Assembly: GCA_964563355.1 (NCBI GenBank)
Contig: CAZLVU010000006.1
Span: forward strand, 18,346 to 82,345
From: an uncultured Candidatus Poseidoniales archaeon
Lineage (GTDB): Archaea; Thermoplasmatota; Poseidoniia; Poseidoniales; Thalassarchaeaceae
DNA length: 64,000 bases
Reading direction: 5' to 3'
Part shown: positions 63,228-64,000 of the stretch, in pieces
Position numbering within the stretch: the stretch's first letter is position 1
Layout of the letters: each line of letters starts with the position of its first letter
Notes under the pieces: model-generated
The model's database searches: none
Seen by the model: the letters and a program-made list of their open reading frames with translations, nothing else
What the model was told of the DNA's origin: nothing
Position numbers and translations under genes: made by a program

Positions 63228-64000
63228 ATGACTGAGCGGCCGATAGGGAGGGACGTCATCGCAAGACAGCGATTCGCCCGCCTCCAATCACTGGGAGACA
63301 GGGCAGAACCCAAATCCTGGTCCCCCGGGCTGGTTCTTGGGCCCGACGATCCCGATTTACCCATTTCCTTGGCTCCTCTCCTGTCGTCACGAACACCGGA
63401 CAAAATCCCTGCTGAAATTACCATTTCTACCAGAACGAACCTGTGCTACCCCTTCGATTCAGTAGATGATTGGGAGTTCTGTGAGGGACTCGTCCTACCT
63501 CCCAGCCTAGTTGAGGCCAACTCGGGTCATTTCGGCTCAGGCATCGAGGCAATTCCAGTCTCATGGAACTCCCTTCACCACGACGACTCATTGTCATCTT
63601 TGCATTCCCAACCATCTTTGGTCGTACTAACCGACGCACCCCAGTTAACTCACAGACCCGGGATGCTAGGCAGAGCGCTCTTGTCAATCAGGGTACGCTT
63701 CCCTGCATCATTGATTTGGGCTCCTGGAATTTCTGGACCTGACAATTGCGCGTTGCTTGCGTGGATGGGCATTGACCTGTTTGACTTAGCTAGGTCCAGA
63801 TACGCTTCTTCTCTAGGAGTTCTTCTGGAGCTGTCGGGCCCCCGGCCAGCGGAGGTGACTACTGGGGAATCTGTTTCCATGGAAGCTCAGTGCGATTCTT
63901 GGGCAAGGGCGATTTCTGCAACTAGATCAGCAATTCGAGAAGGCTCTCTGAGGGAAATAGCCGAGCAGCAGAGTTTGACCAGCCCCCGATCTGTTGAACA
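63228..64000 (+). CDS. tRNA-guanine transglycosylase-fold protein, ArcS (archaeosine synthase)/TGT-like, 5' part only, runs off the window end
   Basis: Hand translation from ATG 63228 gives MTERPIGRDVIARQRFARL...RVRFPASLIWAPGISGPDNCALLAWMGIDLFDLARSRY...AIREGSLREIAEQQSLTSPRSVE. The G(I/V)xxPxxxxLLxxxG(I/V)DLFD motif and the following REGxLRE(I/L) motif are TGT-family hallmarks. It is absent from the ORF track because no stop falls in the window. Confidence 0.55.
   Translation, partial: MTERPIGRDVIARQRFARLQSLGDRAEPKSWSPGLVLGPDDPDLPISLAPLLSSRTPDKIPAEITISTRTNLCYPFDSVDDWEFCEGLVLPPSLVEANSGHFGSGIEAIPVSWNSLHHDDSLSSLHSQPSLVVLTDAPQLTHRPGMLGRALLSIRVRFPASLIWAPGISGPDNCALLAWMGIDLFDLARSRYASSLGVLLELSGPRPAEVTTGESVSMEAQCDSWARAISATRSAIREGSLREIAEQQSLTSPRSVE

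Noticed and set aside
63200-63880. Three listed minus-strand ORFs of 74, 86 and 76 aa.
   Set aside because: They are Arg/Ser/Pro-rich antisense frames of the plus-strand TGT/ArcS-like ORF.

Overview
The window is a densely coded archaeal chromosomal segment. The archaeal assignment rests on a CDP-archaeol synthase, an AglB/STT3 oligosaccharyltransferase, an XPD helicase, a UPF0201-like protein, an ArcS/TGT-like protein and a class II tRNA-Leu. The gene content and the giant Ca-binding-repeat surface proteins resemble planktonic Thermoplasmatota (Marine Group II/III). That placement is inference only; no search was run. There are two kinds of content. (1) Housekeeping blocks: a tightly packed minus-strand operon lipA, E1alpha, E1beta, E2, E3, lipB plus a PLP enzyme (1-6977); an SDR/FolB-like pterin pair abutting tRNA-Leu(UAA); XPD; an HD phosphohydrolase; gdhA; carS; purD; an MBL hydrolase; pcp; and dnaJ. 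(2) A very large cell-surface island. Seven ORFs between 8399 and 57977 total 11,552 codons, about 54% of the window, and all encode secreted or membrane-anchored proteins. They include a 2985-aa protein (thrombospondin-type-3 repeats, transglutaminase-like core, Ig-like arrays), a 3234-aa AglB fusion, an S8 protease, a 1421-aa beta-helix protein and a 1929-aa TSP3/beta-propeller protein. A wHTH-STAND-TPR regulator sits inside the island. The most interesting observations are: the giant AglB architecture; very high N-X-S/T sequon density in its neighbours; a shared SE(R/L)RSI N-terminal element that lies out of frame upstream of the 2985-aa gene; a pseudo-REC/REC/PPDK_N protein; and a structured 282-bp intergenic region ending in a G/C hairpin plus T6. 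I saw no CRISPR array, rRNA, transposase or integrase. All family assignments come from motif recognition by eye and need HMM and structure confirmation.
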